Shown here: piece after piece, positions 36,152-46,143 of the stretch
Numbering within the stretch: the stretch's first letter is position 1
How the letters are laid out: every line of letters begins with the position of its first letter
Assembly: GCA_030592015.1 (NCBI GenBank)
Contig: JAUUZY010000002.1
Location: forward strand, 8,838-72,837
Source: Candidatus Peregrinibacteria bacterium
GTDB taxonomy: Bacteria; Patescibacteriota; Gracilibacteria; UBA1369; LOWO2-01-FULL-3
Length of the DNA stretch: 64,000 nt
Reading direction: 5' to 3'
Program-made: the position numbers and the translations under genes
Notes under the pieces: model-generated
Database searches by the model: none
Seen by the model: only the letters and a program-made list of their open reading frames with translations
What the model was told of the DNA's origin: nothing

Positions 36152-37877
36152 TCTTAAAAACTTTAAGTATTTCTCTGAAAAATATCATGAGTACTATTGT
36201 GAATATTATGATTTGCCATTCCAGTACAGATAAAACGCTAGTGTTTAGTAAGGAATGAATTGCTTCTAATTTAGTTGAAAAATAGATTATTGCCAGGCCT
36301 ATTGTTGCTACTAAAATTAGTGGCATGTTTGCTGTTATGTTTGATGTGAATAAGCTTTTTTTAGCTTTTCTGATTATGAATGCATTTAGTATTTGTATTA
36401 TTCCCAGTAGTGCAAATACTATTGTGGCTGATTTTATGAAGATTGGGTCAGAACTAGAAATTGTGTCTCCGTATGTCCAGCCAAACCTGATTAAGTTGAG
36501 ATAATATGCTGCTGTTATTATTGCTCCTATCATTATTCCGCTCAATACTGTTTTTACTTTGTTGTGCGGTTTTGTTGGTTTAGTTGTGCCTTTTTCTTCC
36601 ATTATTGCAAGTTCTGTTCCAGTGTTGATGAATATATCTATTATCAGAATTAGAGCTATAGAGAGGGGAAGAGGTACGCCTATTATTATTGCAAAAATTG
36701 CTACTGCGAATTCTGCAATCTTGCATGAAATTGCGTGCTGTGTGACTTTGCTCTTGTTTGCGTTTGTTGTTTTTCCTCTTTTTATTTCTTCAAAAAGCAC
36801 TTTTAGGCTGTGAGTTTGCTTTTTGTTGGTAATTGCAATTGTTTCTCCCAATTCTTTTAGTGTTTGCATAATTCTTATGCGATCTTTTGAAGCCATTTCT
36901 GAAAAAACCAGATCCTTCTCTTTGTTTGAGAGCATTTTCTTTAATTTTTGATCTGATAGTATCTTTAGATGGCTGCCTGTAATGGATTCGAAATAGTGTG
37001 GGTTTATAACCTCTAATTCTTTTGCGATTGCTGTGCAGTTTCGTTCCTTCATACTGCTGAGTATGTAAATCTTTGTATTTAGTTTTTTTATCTTGTTTAT
37101 TGTTTCAATAGTTTCGTAGTTGATAGGGTTTGCGAGTCCTATCTGTCCTAAAAATATTAAATCATTTTCGGTGAATTGTTCTGTATATTTGTCCAATATT
37201 TTTAATGGCAGTCCCTTGTATGCGTATGCGAGAACCTTTTGTCCTTTTTTGTTTAGTTTTTCTATTTTTTTCCTTATTTTTCTTTTGAGCTGAGTGTTTA
37301 ATTCAAGTTTTTTTCCGTTTACAAGTATGCGTGTACATTTTTCGAGTATTTTTTGTGGATTTCCTTTTGTGAATGCGAAAACCTCATTAGTTTCACTGTC
37401 TTTTGCTACTATTGTGGAAAGCTTCTTTTCTTTGCTTGATGGAAGTTTTTCAATGATTGAGAATTTATTTTCGCTGTCTTTTTTCTTTAATCCACATTTA
37501 TGAAGGAATTCAGTGATGATTTTTTCTATTTTTGACATCTTTGGGTAGTGGCAGAGGTGTGTGATATTCGCTATTAACTCCATTGTTTTTTCTTTTCTTA
37601 GATGATTTCTATCTATGGAGATTAGTTCTTTGCTTTCCTGGTTTTCAATTTCCAGCATGTTTTTGTTTTCTTCTATAGATATTTTGTATTTGTCGAAGAC
37701 TATACTTTTTACTATTGAATAGTTTTTTATAAAGACTCCGCTGATGTTTGTGCATATTATCCCTGCACTGCCCAGTTTTGAATCGTATTTATAGTTAATA
37801 GCTTTTATCAATATTAGGCTAACAGGGAGTATGGATAGCACTATTACTACTATTTGTAAGATTAAATTTTTTTCCAT
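36129..37877 (-). CDS. Truncated, catalytically degenerate P-type ATPase paralog (N/P-domain remnant plus C-terminal TM bundle)
   Basis: 582 aa. Collinear with residues ~300-855 of the neighbouring ATPase (FTKGNPQKILEKC versus FTKGAYEEVLRRC; VLAYAYKG versus VLAFAYKV). However DKTGT is TNISG, TGDN is SSMK, and GDGVNDAPAL is TNKKQTHSLKVL. Confidence 0.7.
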   Translation of the reverse strand: MEKNLILQIVVIVLSILPVSLILIKAINYKYDSKLGSAGIICTNISGVFIKNYSIVKSIVFDKYKISIEENKNMLEIENQESKELISIDRNHLRKEKTMELIANITHLCHYPKMSKIEKIITEFLHKCGLKKKDSENKFSIIEKLPSSKEKKLSTIVAKDSETNEVFAFTKGNPQKILEKCTRILVNGKKLELNTQLKRKIRKKIEKLNKKGQKVLAYAYKGLPLKILDKYTEQFTENDLIFLGQIGLANPINYETIETINKIKKLNTKIYILSSMKERNCTAIAKELEVINPHYFESITGSHLKILSDQKLKKMLSNKEKDLVFSEMASKDRIRIMQTLKELGETIAITNKKQTHSLKVLFEEIKRGKTTNANKSKVTQHAISCKIAEFAVAIFAIIIGVPLPLSIALILIIDIFINTGTELAIMEEKGTTKPTKPHNKVKTVLSGIMIGAIITAAYYLNLIRFGWTYGDTISSSDPIFIKSATIVFALLGIIQILNAFIIRKAKKSLFTSNITANMPLILVATIGLAIIYFSTKLEAIHSLLNTSVLSVLEWQIIIFTIVLMIFFREILKVFKNENKTNK

Positions 37878-37879
37878 AT

Positions 37880-38527
37880 TTATTTAAGGTTTTTTTTCCT
37901 CCATTTTTCTATTTCTTTGTGATTTCCTGATGATAGAACTTCTGGGACTTTCATTCCTTTAAACACTGCTGGCCTGGTGTAGTGTGGATATTCCTTTTTC
38001 CTATCTAGGCTTAGTGAGAACGAATCTTCCAGGTGTGATTCTTGTTTTCCTAATACTTCCGGAATCAGTCTTGATATTGCGTCTACCATTATCATTGCCG
38101 GTAATTCACCACCTGTTAATACGTATTTTCCTACAGAAATTTCTTCATCTACCAATGTATCTCTTATTCTTTGATCTATTCCCTCGTATCTTCCGCATAG
38201 CAGTATAATTTCTTTATATTTGCTGCTGAATTTTTCCACTTTTGATTGGCTTAGAACCTTTCCTTGTGGGCTCATATATATTACCGGGCCTTTGTTTAAC
38301 GTTTTAACATGTTCAATCGCATCGTATAGTGGTTGCGGAGTCATAACCATTCCTGCACCTCCTCCGAACGGCATGTCGTCTACTTTTTTGTGTTTATCCT
38401 TTGAGAATTTTCTGATGTCGTGTGTATGGATTTCTATTAGGTTTTTTTCTTTTGCTCGTTTCAAAATACTCTCCTCAAAGTATGAGTTAAAAATTTCAGG
38501 GAATATTGTTAAAATGTCGAATCGCAT
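37880..38527 (-). CDS. trmD: tRNA (guanine37-N1)-methyltransferase
   Basis: 215 aa. MRFDILTIFPE, CGRYEGIDQR, VLTGGELPAMIMVDAI. Confidence 0.95.
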   Translation of the reverse strand: MRFDILTIFPEIFNSYFEESILKRAKEKNLIEIHTHDIRKFSKDKHKKVDDMPFGGGAGMVMTPQPLYDAIEHVKTLNKGPVIYMSPQGKVLSQSKVEKFSSKYKEIILLCGRYEGIDQRIRDTLVDEEISVGKYVLTGGELPAMIMVDAISRLIPEVLGKQESHLEDSFSLSLDRKKEYPHYTRPAVFKGMKVPEVLSSGNHKEIEKWRKKNLK

Positions 38528-38528
38528 A

Positions 38529-41096
38529 TTATTTTCTATAAAATTTTCTAGCGTAGTTTGTTATTGGTGGAACTAGGAAGGCTAGTGATGCGAATGCTGC
38601 TAACATTAGCCATTCTGATAGTGATAGTGGAGTTGTTTTGAAAACTTTTTGCATGAATGGTGCGTATATCATGAAGAGTTGAAGACAGAATGATATAGCT
38701 ACTGCGCCAATTAGTGATTTATTTGATAGTAATGATTTTATGGAAACATTTTTTTCTTCCTTACATACGAATGCGAAGAACAACTCAAATAACACTATTT
38801 CTGTGAATACAAGCGTTCTTGCGTGTGATGCAATTCCCAAGTCTGTGATATCCATTCCGGCTTTTGTGTCGATATCCAGTCCGTAGAAATATAGGAATAA
38901 GTTCGCTATTGTTTGTAGGATCACGGCAACCAAAATGAAATCGAAGAATTTTCTAAAAATCTTTTCTTTTTTTGGATGTGGTTTTTGTTCCATTATATCC
39001 TTGGCTGCTTCTGATTTTCCTAGGGCGAGTGCTGGCAGGGCATCCGTTGCGATGTTTATCCAGAGTATTTGCAACGGCAAGATAGGTAGAGGGAATCCCA
39101 TTAGAGTTAAGACCCCTACAGCCATTATCGTATCGTAATTGGCTGAGAGCATGTATTTTATGAAGGAGAGGATGTTGTGATAAATTCTGCGGCCTTCTTT
39201 GATAGTATTTACTATCGTTGTGAAGTTGTCGTCTTTGAGTACTATGTCTGCCACTTCCTTTGTAGCTTCTGTTCCTTTGATTCCCATAGCAATTCCCACG
39301 TCTGCATGTTTTAGGGCAGGAGCATCGTTTACTCCGTCTCCTGTAACCGCTACCACTTCATGGTTCTTTTGTAGCAGGTCAACAATTCTGTATTTATGGT
39401 CCGGTTTTGTTCTGGCGAATATTTCAGTTTCGTAAATTATTTTTGTAAGCTCTTTATCGTTTAGTTTATCTATTTGATCTCCCGTTATAACTTTTTTTAC
39501 AGATAGTCCTATTTTTTCTCCCACTGCCTTTGCAGTTACAGGATTATCTCCTGTGATTATTTTTACTTTGATACCTGCGTTTTGGGCTATTTTAATTGAG
39601 GATTTTACGCTTTTTCGTGGTGGATCTATCATTCCCACTATTCCTACATATATTAGGTCTTTTTCGTTGAATGTCTTTTTGTGTACCTTGTATGCGAATG
39701 CTAGGACGCGGAGTGCCTTTTCCGAATAAGCCAAAGCTAGTTTATTTATTTCCTTCTTATCTGCGCTGCTTATTTTTGTGACTTTTCCGTTCTTCAATAT
39801 ATAGCTGCATCTTCTTAAAACTTCTTCATATGCCCCTTTTGTAAATATTTCCTCTTTCTTCCCTATTTCATGCAGTGTACTCATCATTTTCCTTTCTGAC
39901 GTGAAGACCTTTTCATCTATTTCTTTGTATTCGTTTACGTGTCTTGCTTTGCGGGCAAGTACCTTGAGTGCGATTTCTGTTGGATCTCCCAGTATATTTT
40001 TCCCTACGAATGAGCTGTTACAATTTTCACATATATCCATCAGTTTTTTTTCTTCAGGGCTTGTTAATTTTACTTTTTCCTTAAAGCCGTATCCTACTCC
40101 CGGTATTTCAACTTCTTTGAAGTTTGTATTAATTTTTTTGACTGTCATTTCGTTTAAGGTGAGTGTTCCAGTCTTGTCTGAACAAATGACTGTAGTTGCT
40201 CCCAATGTTTCTATTGAGTTCATTTTCCTCACTATTGCCTTTTTTCCTGCTAAAATTTGTACTCCCATTGCCAATGTAAGTGTGACAATTATTGGCATTC
40301 CCTCAGGTATCGCGGAAACTCCCAATGCTACTGATGTCATTAGCATTTCCAAAGTTGATATGCCTCGTAGCTTTCCTAATATGAACAGTATTGAAATTAA
40401 TACTAAAATTAATAACCCTATCTTTTTGCTTAATTCATTGAGCTGAATTGTGAGAGGGGAGCGGGTTTTTTCTTGTTTTGATACCAGCTTAATTATTTTT
40501 CCGAATTCTGTATTTATTCCTGTGTGTATCACCATGGCTTTTGCTCTACCTGTAGTAACTATTGTTCCCTTATATAGTGTTGTTTCTTTTTCTGTTCCTG
40601 AGCTGCATTTATCTGCCGGTACACTTTCACCGGTTAGAATCGCTTCATCAACTTTCAATGAGAATGACTCTATTATTTCTAAATCTGCAGGGATTTTGTC
40701 TCCTTCATTTAGTATTACAATATCTCCTGGCACCAAATTTCTTATAGCCATCTCTGTTTCTTGTCCATCTCTCAATACTATCGTTATTGGAATTACCATT
40801 TTCTTTAGAGCGTTGACTGCGTTTTCTGCTTTGTATTCCTGAGTAAATCCTATGAATGCGTTGATTATTACTATTGCAAAAATCGCGGCTCCATCGATAG
40901 TTTCGCCCAAAAAGAAAGAAACGCTTCCTGCTATTATTAAAATGATAATAAGCAGAGAAGTGAATTGAGATAAAAGCAGTTTTATTGCTCGAAATTCTTT
41001 CTTTGTGACTATTTCGTTATAGCCGTACTTTTCTAATCTTTTTTGAGCTTCTTTACTGCTCAAACCGCTAAATTGATTTTGTTTTATTTTTTCCAT
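38529..41096 (-). CDS. P-type cation-transporting ATPase (P2-type, Ca2+-ATPase-like)
   Basis: 855 aa. TGES, CSDKTGTLT, TGDN and VTGDGVNDAPALK are all present, with about 10 TM helices. Confidence 0.93.
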   Translation of the reverse strand: MEKIKQNQFSGLSSKEAQKRLEKYGYNEIVTKKEFRAIKLLLSQFTSLLIIILIIAGSVSFFLGETIDGAAIFAIVIINAFIGFTQEYKAENAVNALKKMVIPITIVLRDGQETEMAIRNLVPGDIVILNEGDKIPADLEIIESFSLKVDEAILTGESVPADKCSSGTEKETTLYKGTIVTTGRAKAMVIHTGINTEFGKIIKLVSKQEKTRSPLTIQLNELSKKIGLLILVLISILFILGKLRGISTLEMLMTSVALGVSAIPEGMPIIVTLTLAMGVQILAGKKAIVRKMNSIETLGATTVICSDKTGTLTLNEMTVKKINTNFKEVEIPGVGYGFKEKVKLTSPEEKKLMDICENCNSSFVGKNILGDPTEIALKVLARKARHVNEYKEIDEKVFTSERKMMSTLHEIGKKEEIFTKGAYEEVLRRCSYILKNGKVTKISSADKKEINKLALAYSEKALRVLAFAYKVHKKTFNEKDLIYVGIVGMIDPPRKSVKSSIKIAQNAGIKVKIITGDNPVTAKAVGEKIGLSVKKVITGDQIDKLNDKELTKIIYETEIFARTKPDHKYRIVDLLQKNHEVVAVTGDGVNDAPALKHADVGIAMGIKGTEATKEVADIVLKDDNFTTIVNTIKEGRRIYHNILSFIKYMLSANYDTIMAVGVLTLMGFPLPILPLQILWINIATDALPALALGKSEAAKDIMEQKPHPKKEKIFRKFFDFILVAVILQTIANLFLYFYGLDIDTKAGMDITDLGIASHARTLVFTEIVLFELFFAFVCKEEKNVSIKSLLSNKSLIGAVAISFCLQLFMIYAPFMQKVFKTTPLSLSEWLMLAAFASLAFLVPPITNYARKFYRK

Positions 41097-41169
41097 GAAA
41101 TAAATGCAGATATTCTAATAGATATTAGCAAATTAATCTGCCTTTCGGAATGATATTTTGAGAAGGACT

Positions 41170-41613
41170 TTAACGTTTGCTGAATTGAGGAGCCTTTCTT
41201 GCTCTCTTTAGACCAAATTTCTTTCTTTCCTTTGTACGTGAGTCTCTTGTAAGAAGACCTGCGTGTTTTAGAGTTGGCTTGTTTGTAGGGTCGGACTCTA
41301 TCAATGCCTTTGCAATACCATGTCTGATTGCTTCAGCTTGTGAGCTGTGTCCTCCTCCTTGAACTTTTACCAATATATCGAAGCTTTTCAAATCTCCTGT
41401 AAGTTTTAGTGGTGACTTAATTGTTTCTGCGTGTATTTTAACTTCGCAGAACTCTTTTAGTGTTTTGTCATTGATTGTGAAATTTCCAGTTCCTTTGTAC
41501 AGTCTTACCTTTGCAACTGAAGTCTTTCTTTTTCCATTTGCGTATATGTACTTACCTTTTGGTGTAGTAGTTGGTTTTGTCTTATCCTTTGTAGTTGTTT
41601 TAGTTGCTGGCAT
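41170..41613 (-). CDS. rpsI: 30S ribosomal protein S9 (with T/K-rich N-terminal extension)
   Basis: C-terminal hallmark GLLTRDSRTKERKKFGLKRARKAPQFSKR. Confidence 0.96.
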   Translation of the reverse strand: MPATKTTTKDKTKPTTTPKGKYIYANGKRKTSVAKVRLYKGTGNFTINDKTLKEFCEVKIHAETIKSPLKLTGDLKSFDILVKVQGGGHSSQAEAIRHGIAKALIESDPTNKPTLKHAGLLTRDSRTKERKKFGLKRARKAPQFSKR

Positions 41614-41623
41614 TGTTTAATGA

Positions 41624-42052
41624 TTATACTTCTAATGTTTCTGGCTTTTGTGCGTCGTGTGGATGTTCTTCACCAGAATAAATTTTTAACTTTTCCATAA
41701 AAACTTTACGAAGTTTGTTTTTTGGTAGCATTCCACTTACTGCTAGTTCGATTATTTTTGTAGGTTTCTTTTTGTGTAGAGTTTCTGCTGTTTCTTCTTT
41801 AAATCCTCCAGGGAATCCTGAATGTCTTTGGTACATTTTTCTGCTCCACTTGTTTCCTGTTAGCTTTACTTTGTCTGAATTGATGATTATTACAAAGTCT
41901 CCGCAGTCCATGTGTGGTGAGAATATGCTTTTGTCTTTTCCTCTAAGTTTATTGGCAACTTGTGTAGCCATTCGTCCTAAAACTTTGTTTTTTGCGTCTA
42001 TGATAAACCACTTTCGGTTTATATCTTCTTTTTTTGCAATATGGGTTTTCAT
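41624..42052 (-). CDS. rplM: 50S ribosomal protein L13
   Basis: KWFIIDAKNKVLGRMATQVANKLRGK. Upstream of rpsI. Confidence 0.96.
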   Translation of the reverse strand: MKTHIAKKEDINRKWFIIDAKNKVLGRMATQVANKLRGKDKSIFSPHMDCGDFVIIINSDKVKLTGNKWSRKMYQRHSGFPGGFKEETAETLHKKKPTKIIELAVSGMLPKNKLRKVFMEKLKIYSGEEHPHDAQKPETLEV

Positions 42053-42053
42053 T

Positions 42054-42407
42054 TTATACTAGTTCAAGTTGTACAGTAGGTGCATTGTCTCCTTTTCTGG
42101 AGCCGAGCTTGGTAATTCGTGTGTATCCTGAGTTACGGTCTTTATACTTGTCTACCAAGACTTCTAAAATCTTCTTTGAGCTGCTTTTGTGTTGTAGCAA
42201 TCTTTCTATGTTCCTGATTGCATTTCTTTTATCAGGATTTTTCCCAATTGTTATCAGCCTCTCGATAAATGGTTGTACTTTCTTGGCTTTAGAAGCTGTA
42301 GTCTTTATACTTTCGTGAATAATTACAGCCATTGCTAGATTTCTAAGTATAGCTACTTTGTGATCTTTGTCTGAACCAAGTTTTACTTTTTTTACTCTAT
42401 GTCTCAT
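42054..42407 (-). CDS. rplQ: 50S ribosomal protein L17
   Basis: MRHRVKKVKLGSDKDHKVAILRNL. Follows rpoA. Confidence 0.96.
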   Translation of the reverse strand: MRHRVKKVKLGSDKDHKVAILRNLAMAVIIHESIKTTASKAKKVQPFIERLITIGKNPDKRNAIRNIERLLQHKSSSKKILEVLVDKYKDRNSGYTRITKLGSRKGDNAPTVQLELV

Positions 42408-42416
42408 AATTAATGT

Positions 42417-43391
42417 TTATTCTTCTGAAAGATTAAGTCCTTTTTTCTCTAGTGCATCAGCTACTTCTGTTAAAGCCTTCTTACCGAAGCCTCTAAGATT
42501 TGAAAGTTTGCTTTCTGTACATTTTGAAAGTTGTTCTATTGAACCAATACCTCCGTTTATTAGAGCATTTAGAGTTCTTGGTGAGAATCCCAGTATCTCT
42601 ATCGGTGTATATGATTCTTGAGTTGGTTTGTTTGCTTCTTCTTCTTTTTCTTTCTCAATGATTGATTTGATGTCTGACATGTAGTCTTCTTCAACCATGA
42701 TGTTATCTATATTGAATAGGTTGAAGTATGATTGTAGAATGTTTGAAGCGAACTTTAGTGCATCCTCTGGAGTAATTGTTCCATTCGTTAGGATTTCTAC
42801 AGTTAGCTTGTCCAAGTTTGTCATTTGACCTACACGACTTGCTTCTACGTCATATCTTACTTTCTTCACAGGTGAGAAGAATCCATCTACCAATATTAGA
42901 TTTGCGTCTGTTTCTTCTTTTTGTCTTTGTGCAGCAGGGGAGTATCCAACTCCTTTTTCGATTTGCATTTCGATCTTTAGCTTTGCACCCTTTCCAAGTG
43001 TTGCGATGTGAAGCTTTGGATTTAATATCTCTACATCTGAACTACACTTAATATCTTTTGCCACTACCACTCCTTCTTTTGTAGCTTCAAGTGTTATTAT
43101 AGATTTTTCATTTGTGTCTTTTTTGATATCTAGCATCTTTAGATTTAGGATTATATCCAAAACGCTTTCCGTTACTCCTTTAATTGTTGAGTATTGGTGG
43201 CTTACACCGTCTATCTTTACTCCTGTTACACATGCTCCAGGCAATGATGATAACAAGATTCTTCTTAGTGCGTTACCAATAGTAACTCCGTATCCTGTAG
43301 GTAATGGTCCCATAGAAAAAGTGACGTGATTGTCAGCTAAATTTTCTGTTTTTACTTTGGGAATTCCAATTTCCTGTTGAATGATATGCAT
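42417..43391 (-). CDS. rpoA: DNA-directed RNA polymerase subunit alpha
   Basis: GNALRRILLSSLPG, and a C-terminal domain with LGFSPRTLNALINGGI. Confidence 0.96.
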   Translation of the reverse strand: MHIIQQEIGIPKVKTENLADNHVTFSMGPLPTGYGVTIGNALRRILLSSLPGACVTGVKIDGVSHQYSTIKGVTESVLDIILNLKMLDIKKDTNEKSIITLEATKEGVVVAKDIKCSSDVEILNPKLHIATLGKGAKLKIEMQIEKGVGYSPAAQRQKEETDANLILVDGFFSPVKKVRYDVEASRVGQMTNLDKLTVEILTNGTITPEDALKFASNILQSYFNLFNIDNIMVEEDYMSDIKSIIEKEKEEEANKPTQESYTPIEILGFSPRTLNALINGGIGSIEQLSKCTESKLSNLRGFGKKALTEVADALEKKGLNLSEE

Positions 43392-43401
43392 ATAATGATG
43401 A

Positions 43402-44016
43402 TTATTTTGAATAAAATTCAGTAATAAGTTGATTGTCTATGATTTTTTCAATGTCGTCTTTGTCTGGCATTGCTTTTACTTCTCCTTTTAGGCCTTTCAG
43501 GTCTGAACTAAGCCATTTTGGGTTCTTTATTTTTCCTTTTTTAATTTCCTCGAATAGTGGTGAGTTTTTACTTTTTTCTTGTACTTCAAATATGTCGCCT
43601 TCTTTTACTAAAGTTGAAGGTGTTTTTGATCTTTTTCCGTTTAGTTTGAATAGTCCATGACTAACCATCTGTCTTGCTTGTCTTCTTGTTGTTGCAAGTC
43701 CGGCTCTAAATACTACATTGTCCAATCTTCTTTCTAGAATTATCATATATACTTCACCTGTTGCTTCTGAGCTCTTACTGGCAAGTTTATAATACTTGCT
43801 TGATTGTTTTTCGCTTATTCCATACATGAATCGTGCTTTTTGCTTTTCTCGTAACTGTTTGTTGTATTCTGACAACTGAGAAAAACGTTTTTGTCCATGT
43901 TCACCAGGTTTGTACCCTTTCTTTTGGAAAGCTTTTATTTTGCTTTCTCCGTTAGAGAAGAGCATTACTCCTAATCTTCTTGAAATTCTAGTTATTGGCC
44001 CTCTATATCGTGACAT
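43402..44016 (-). CDS. rpsD: 30S ribosomal protein S4
   Basis: MSRYRGPITRISRRLG; S4 domain RLDNVVFRAGLATTRRQARQ. Confidence 0.96.
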   Translation of the reverse strand: MSRYRGPITRISRRLGVMLFSNGESKIKAFQKKGYKPGEHGQKRFSQLSEYNKQLREKQKARFMYGISEKQSSKYYKLASKSSEATGEVYMIILERRLDNVVFRAGLATTRRQARQMVSHGLFKLNGKRSKTPSTLVKEGDIFEVQEKSKNSPLFEEIKKGKIKNPKWLSSDLKGLKGEVKAMPDKDDIEKIIDNQLITEFYSK

Positions 44017-44043
44017 AATATTGTTCTATTATCGATTATTTGA

Positions 44044-44445
44044 TTAAACTCTTCTTTGCTTTTTCTTTCTGCATCCGTTGTGTGGGATTGGCGTCATATC
44101 ATTTATTGATATTAGGTCCAGTCCGCTTGATACCAATCCTCTGATTGCTTGCTCTCTTCCACTTCCTACTCCTTTTACGTAAACGTGTATTTTTTCAAGT
44201 CCAAAAGCTTTTGCTTTTTCTGCTGCACTTTCCGCTGCAACTTGTGCTGCGTATGGTGTAGCCTTTCTTGCTCCTCTAAACCCGCTTGATCCTGCGCTGC
44301 TCCAAGAGATGACGTCTCCGCTTGGATCTGTAAGTGTTACGATTGTGTTGTTGTATGATGCTCTTATATGCGCGTTTCCTAATGGCACGGCTCTTCTTTT
44401 ACCTCTTGTCTTCTTAACTGTTTTTTTTAATTCTTTTTCAGCCAT
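44044..44445 (-). CDS. rpsK: 30S ribosomal protein S11
   Basis: [18 protein letters not shown]; [11 protein letters not shown]. Confidence 0.96.
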   Translation of the reverse strand: MAEKELKKTVKKTRGKRRAVPLGNAHIRASYNNTIVTLTDPSGDVISWSSAGSSGFRGARKATPYAAQVAAESAAEKAKAFGLEKIHVYVKGVGSGREQAIRGLVSSGLDLISINDMTPIPHNGCRKKKQRRV

Positions 44446-44454
44446 TATTTATGG

Positions 44455-44829
44455 TTATTTGGTTACAGTTTTCTTGTTAGCTATTGTTTTCTTCTTACCC
44501 TTTCTTGTTCTGCAATTGTATCTTGTTCGCTGTCCTCTTACCGGCATTCCTCTTTTATGCCTAAAACCTCTTTGACAACCAATCTCTTGTAGTCGTTTTA
44601 TATCTAGTGCTACCTTCCTCTTTAAATCACCTTCTGTTGGTAACTTATTGATAAGCTCTCTTAATACTGAAACTTCTTGCTCTGTAAGATCTTGCACTTT
44701 TGTGCTTCTGTCTATCTTCGCTTGTTTAAGTAGTGTTATGCTTGAGCTTCTTCCAATTCCGAACACAGCTGTAAGTGCTATTTCTACTCTTTTTTCCTTT
44801 GGTATGTTTACGCCTGCTATTCTAGCCAT
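44455..44829 (-). CDS. rpsM: 30S ribosomal protein S13
   Basis: [26 protein letters not shown]. Confidence 0.96.
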   Translation of the reverse strand: MARIAGVNIPKEKRVEIALTAVFGIGRSSSITLLKQAKIDRSTKVQDLTEQEVSVLRELINKLPTEGDLKRKVALDIKRLQEIGCQRGFRHKRGMPVRGQRTRYNCRTRKGKKKTIANKKTVTK

Positions 44830-44915
44830 TGGTATTAATTATATTGTTTTATTTATAATCTGCTTTTAAGCAGCTAGTATTCTTGGGGGGTGAATACTAA
44901 CCGCTTAGAAATCAA

Positions 44916-45047
44916 TTATCCTTGTCTTTGCTTATGTCTTTTATTTTCACATCTTACACGTACAACAGATTTTCCTGTTTGTCCGCTTGGTCTGCGAATG
45001 ATTTGACACTTGTCGCACATTTTTTTTACTGATGATCTTACTTTCAT
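44916..45047 (-). CDS. rpmJ: 50S ribosomal protein L36 (43 aa, with a short internal insertion)
   Basis: Too short for the ORF track. My translation is [43 protein letters not shown]. The ATG overlaps the infA TGA (ATGA). Confidence 0.9.
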   Translation of the reverse strand: MKVRSSVKKMCDKCQIIRRPSGQTGKSVVRVRCENKRHKQRQG

Positions 45048-45280
45048 GATGGATTCTTTGTTGCTTTATGCCTGTAAGTAATTCTGCCCTTTTCTAAGTC
45101 ATATACGCTTAGTTGTATAGTCACTTTGTCTCCAGGTAAAATTCTAATATAATTTACCCTCATTTTTCCTGATAGATGGGCTGTTATTACCTTACCATCT
45201 TCCAACTCAACTTTAAATTTAGCGTTTGGTAGAGGTTCTGTAACAGTTCCTTCTATTTCTATGGTGTCTTCTTTTCCCAT
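45044..45280 (-). CDS. infA: Translation initiation factor IF-1
   Basis: [45 protein letters not shown]. Confidence 0.96.
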   Translation of the reverse strand: MGKEDTIEIEGTVTEPLPNAKFKVELEDGKVITAHLSGKMRVNYIRILPGDKVTIQLSVYDLEKGRITYRHKATKNPS

Positions 45281-45321
45281 GGTTGTGCCCTTTTTATAAT
45301 GTGGGTAGACAAAGCGTTTGG

Positions 45322-45350
45322 ATTCTACCTTAGATATTTCCCTTATGCAA
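45322..45350 (-). promoter_or_regulatory. Candidate internal promoter ahead of infA-rpmJ-rpsM
   Basis: Minus strand reads TTGCAT, a 17-nt spacer (aagggaaatatctaagg), then TAGAAT, in the 104-nt map-infA gap. Confidence 0.4.
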
Positions 45351-45384
45351 TAGCTTTTTTTACACTTTTTATTAGCTTTTCTCT

Positions 45385-46137
45385 TTAAACTTGAGTGAGT
45401 ACCTCATTGCCTGTTTTTGTAATCAGAATGGTGTTTTCTACCTGTACAGACGCAGAGTTGTCTGCGGTTACGATAGTCCAATTGTCAGGAAGTGTTTTCA
45501 TATTGTTTGTTCCTGCAGAAAAAATCGGTTCTATTGCTAGTGTCATGCCTTCTTTTAATACTGGTCCTGGTTTTCCTTCCCAATAATTTAGGACAATAGG
45601 GGATTCGTGTAATTTTTTTCCTATTCCGTGACCTGTAAGGTCTTTTATTATGAAAAATCCTTCTTTTGTTACTATGTTTTCGATTGTTTTCCCTATTTCG
45701 TTAAGATGTATACCTGGTTTTATTATATCTATTGCTGCACCAAGTGCTCTGTATGCAGTTTTGATTAATTTTTCTTTTTCGCTCGAAATTTTACCTACTC
45801 CTACTGATCTTGCAGCATCTGTATAAAATCCTTCAAGAATTACCCCACAGTCTACTGTAAACAAATCTCCTTCTTTTAATAATTGGTCTTTGTTTGGTAT
45901 TCCGTGAACGATAATTTCGTTAATTGCTGTACAGAGTGTTGCGGGAAATCCTTGATATCCTTTGAATCCTGGAATTCCTCCATGTTGTCTTATGAAGTTT
46001 TCTGCGAATTGATCCAGTTCATATGTTGAAACTCCCGGTTTTGCCATTTCACATACTTTTTCCAAAACTTCTCCAAGAATCTTTCCCCCTTTTCGCATGG
46101 AATTTATTTCTGCCTTATTTTTTATACTAATCCCCAT
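45385..46137 (-). CDS. map: Methionine aminopeptidase type I
   Basis: 250 aa. VHGIPN, FTVDCG, LTGHGIG and LAIEP metal-ligand blocks. Confidence 0.95.
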   Translation of the reverse strand: MGISIKNKAEINSMRKGGKILGEVLEKVCEMAKPGVSTYELDQFAENFIRQHGGIPGFKGYQGFPATLCTAINEIIVHGIPNKDQLLKEGDLFTVDCGVILEGFYTDAARSVGVGKISSEKEKLIKTAYRALGAAIDIIKPGIHLNEIGKTIENIVTKEGFFIIKDLTGHGIGKKLHESPIVLNYWEGKPGPVLKEGMTLAIEPIFSAGTNNMKTLPDNWTIVTADNSASVQVENTILITKTGNEVLTQV

Positions 46138-46143
46138 AGTTTT

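Noticed and set aside
45044-45046. Possible alternative genetic code (UGA=Gly, as in Gracilibacteria/Absconditabacteria), given the CPR-like features.
   Set aside because: Conserved proteins terminate at TGA at their expected lengths; for example infA ends at TGA 45044-45046, overlapping the rpmJ ATG. No conserved protein in the window appears truncated under the standard code.
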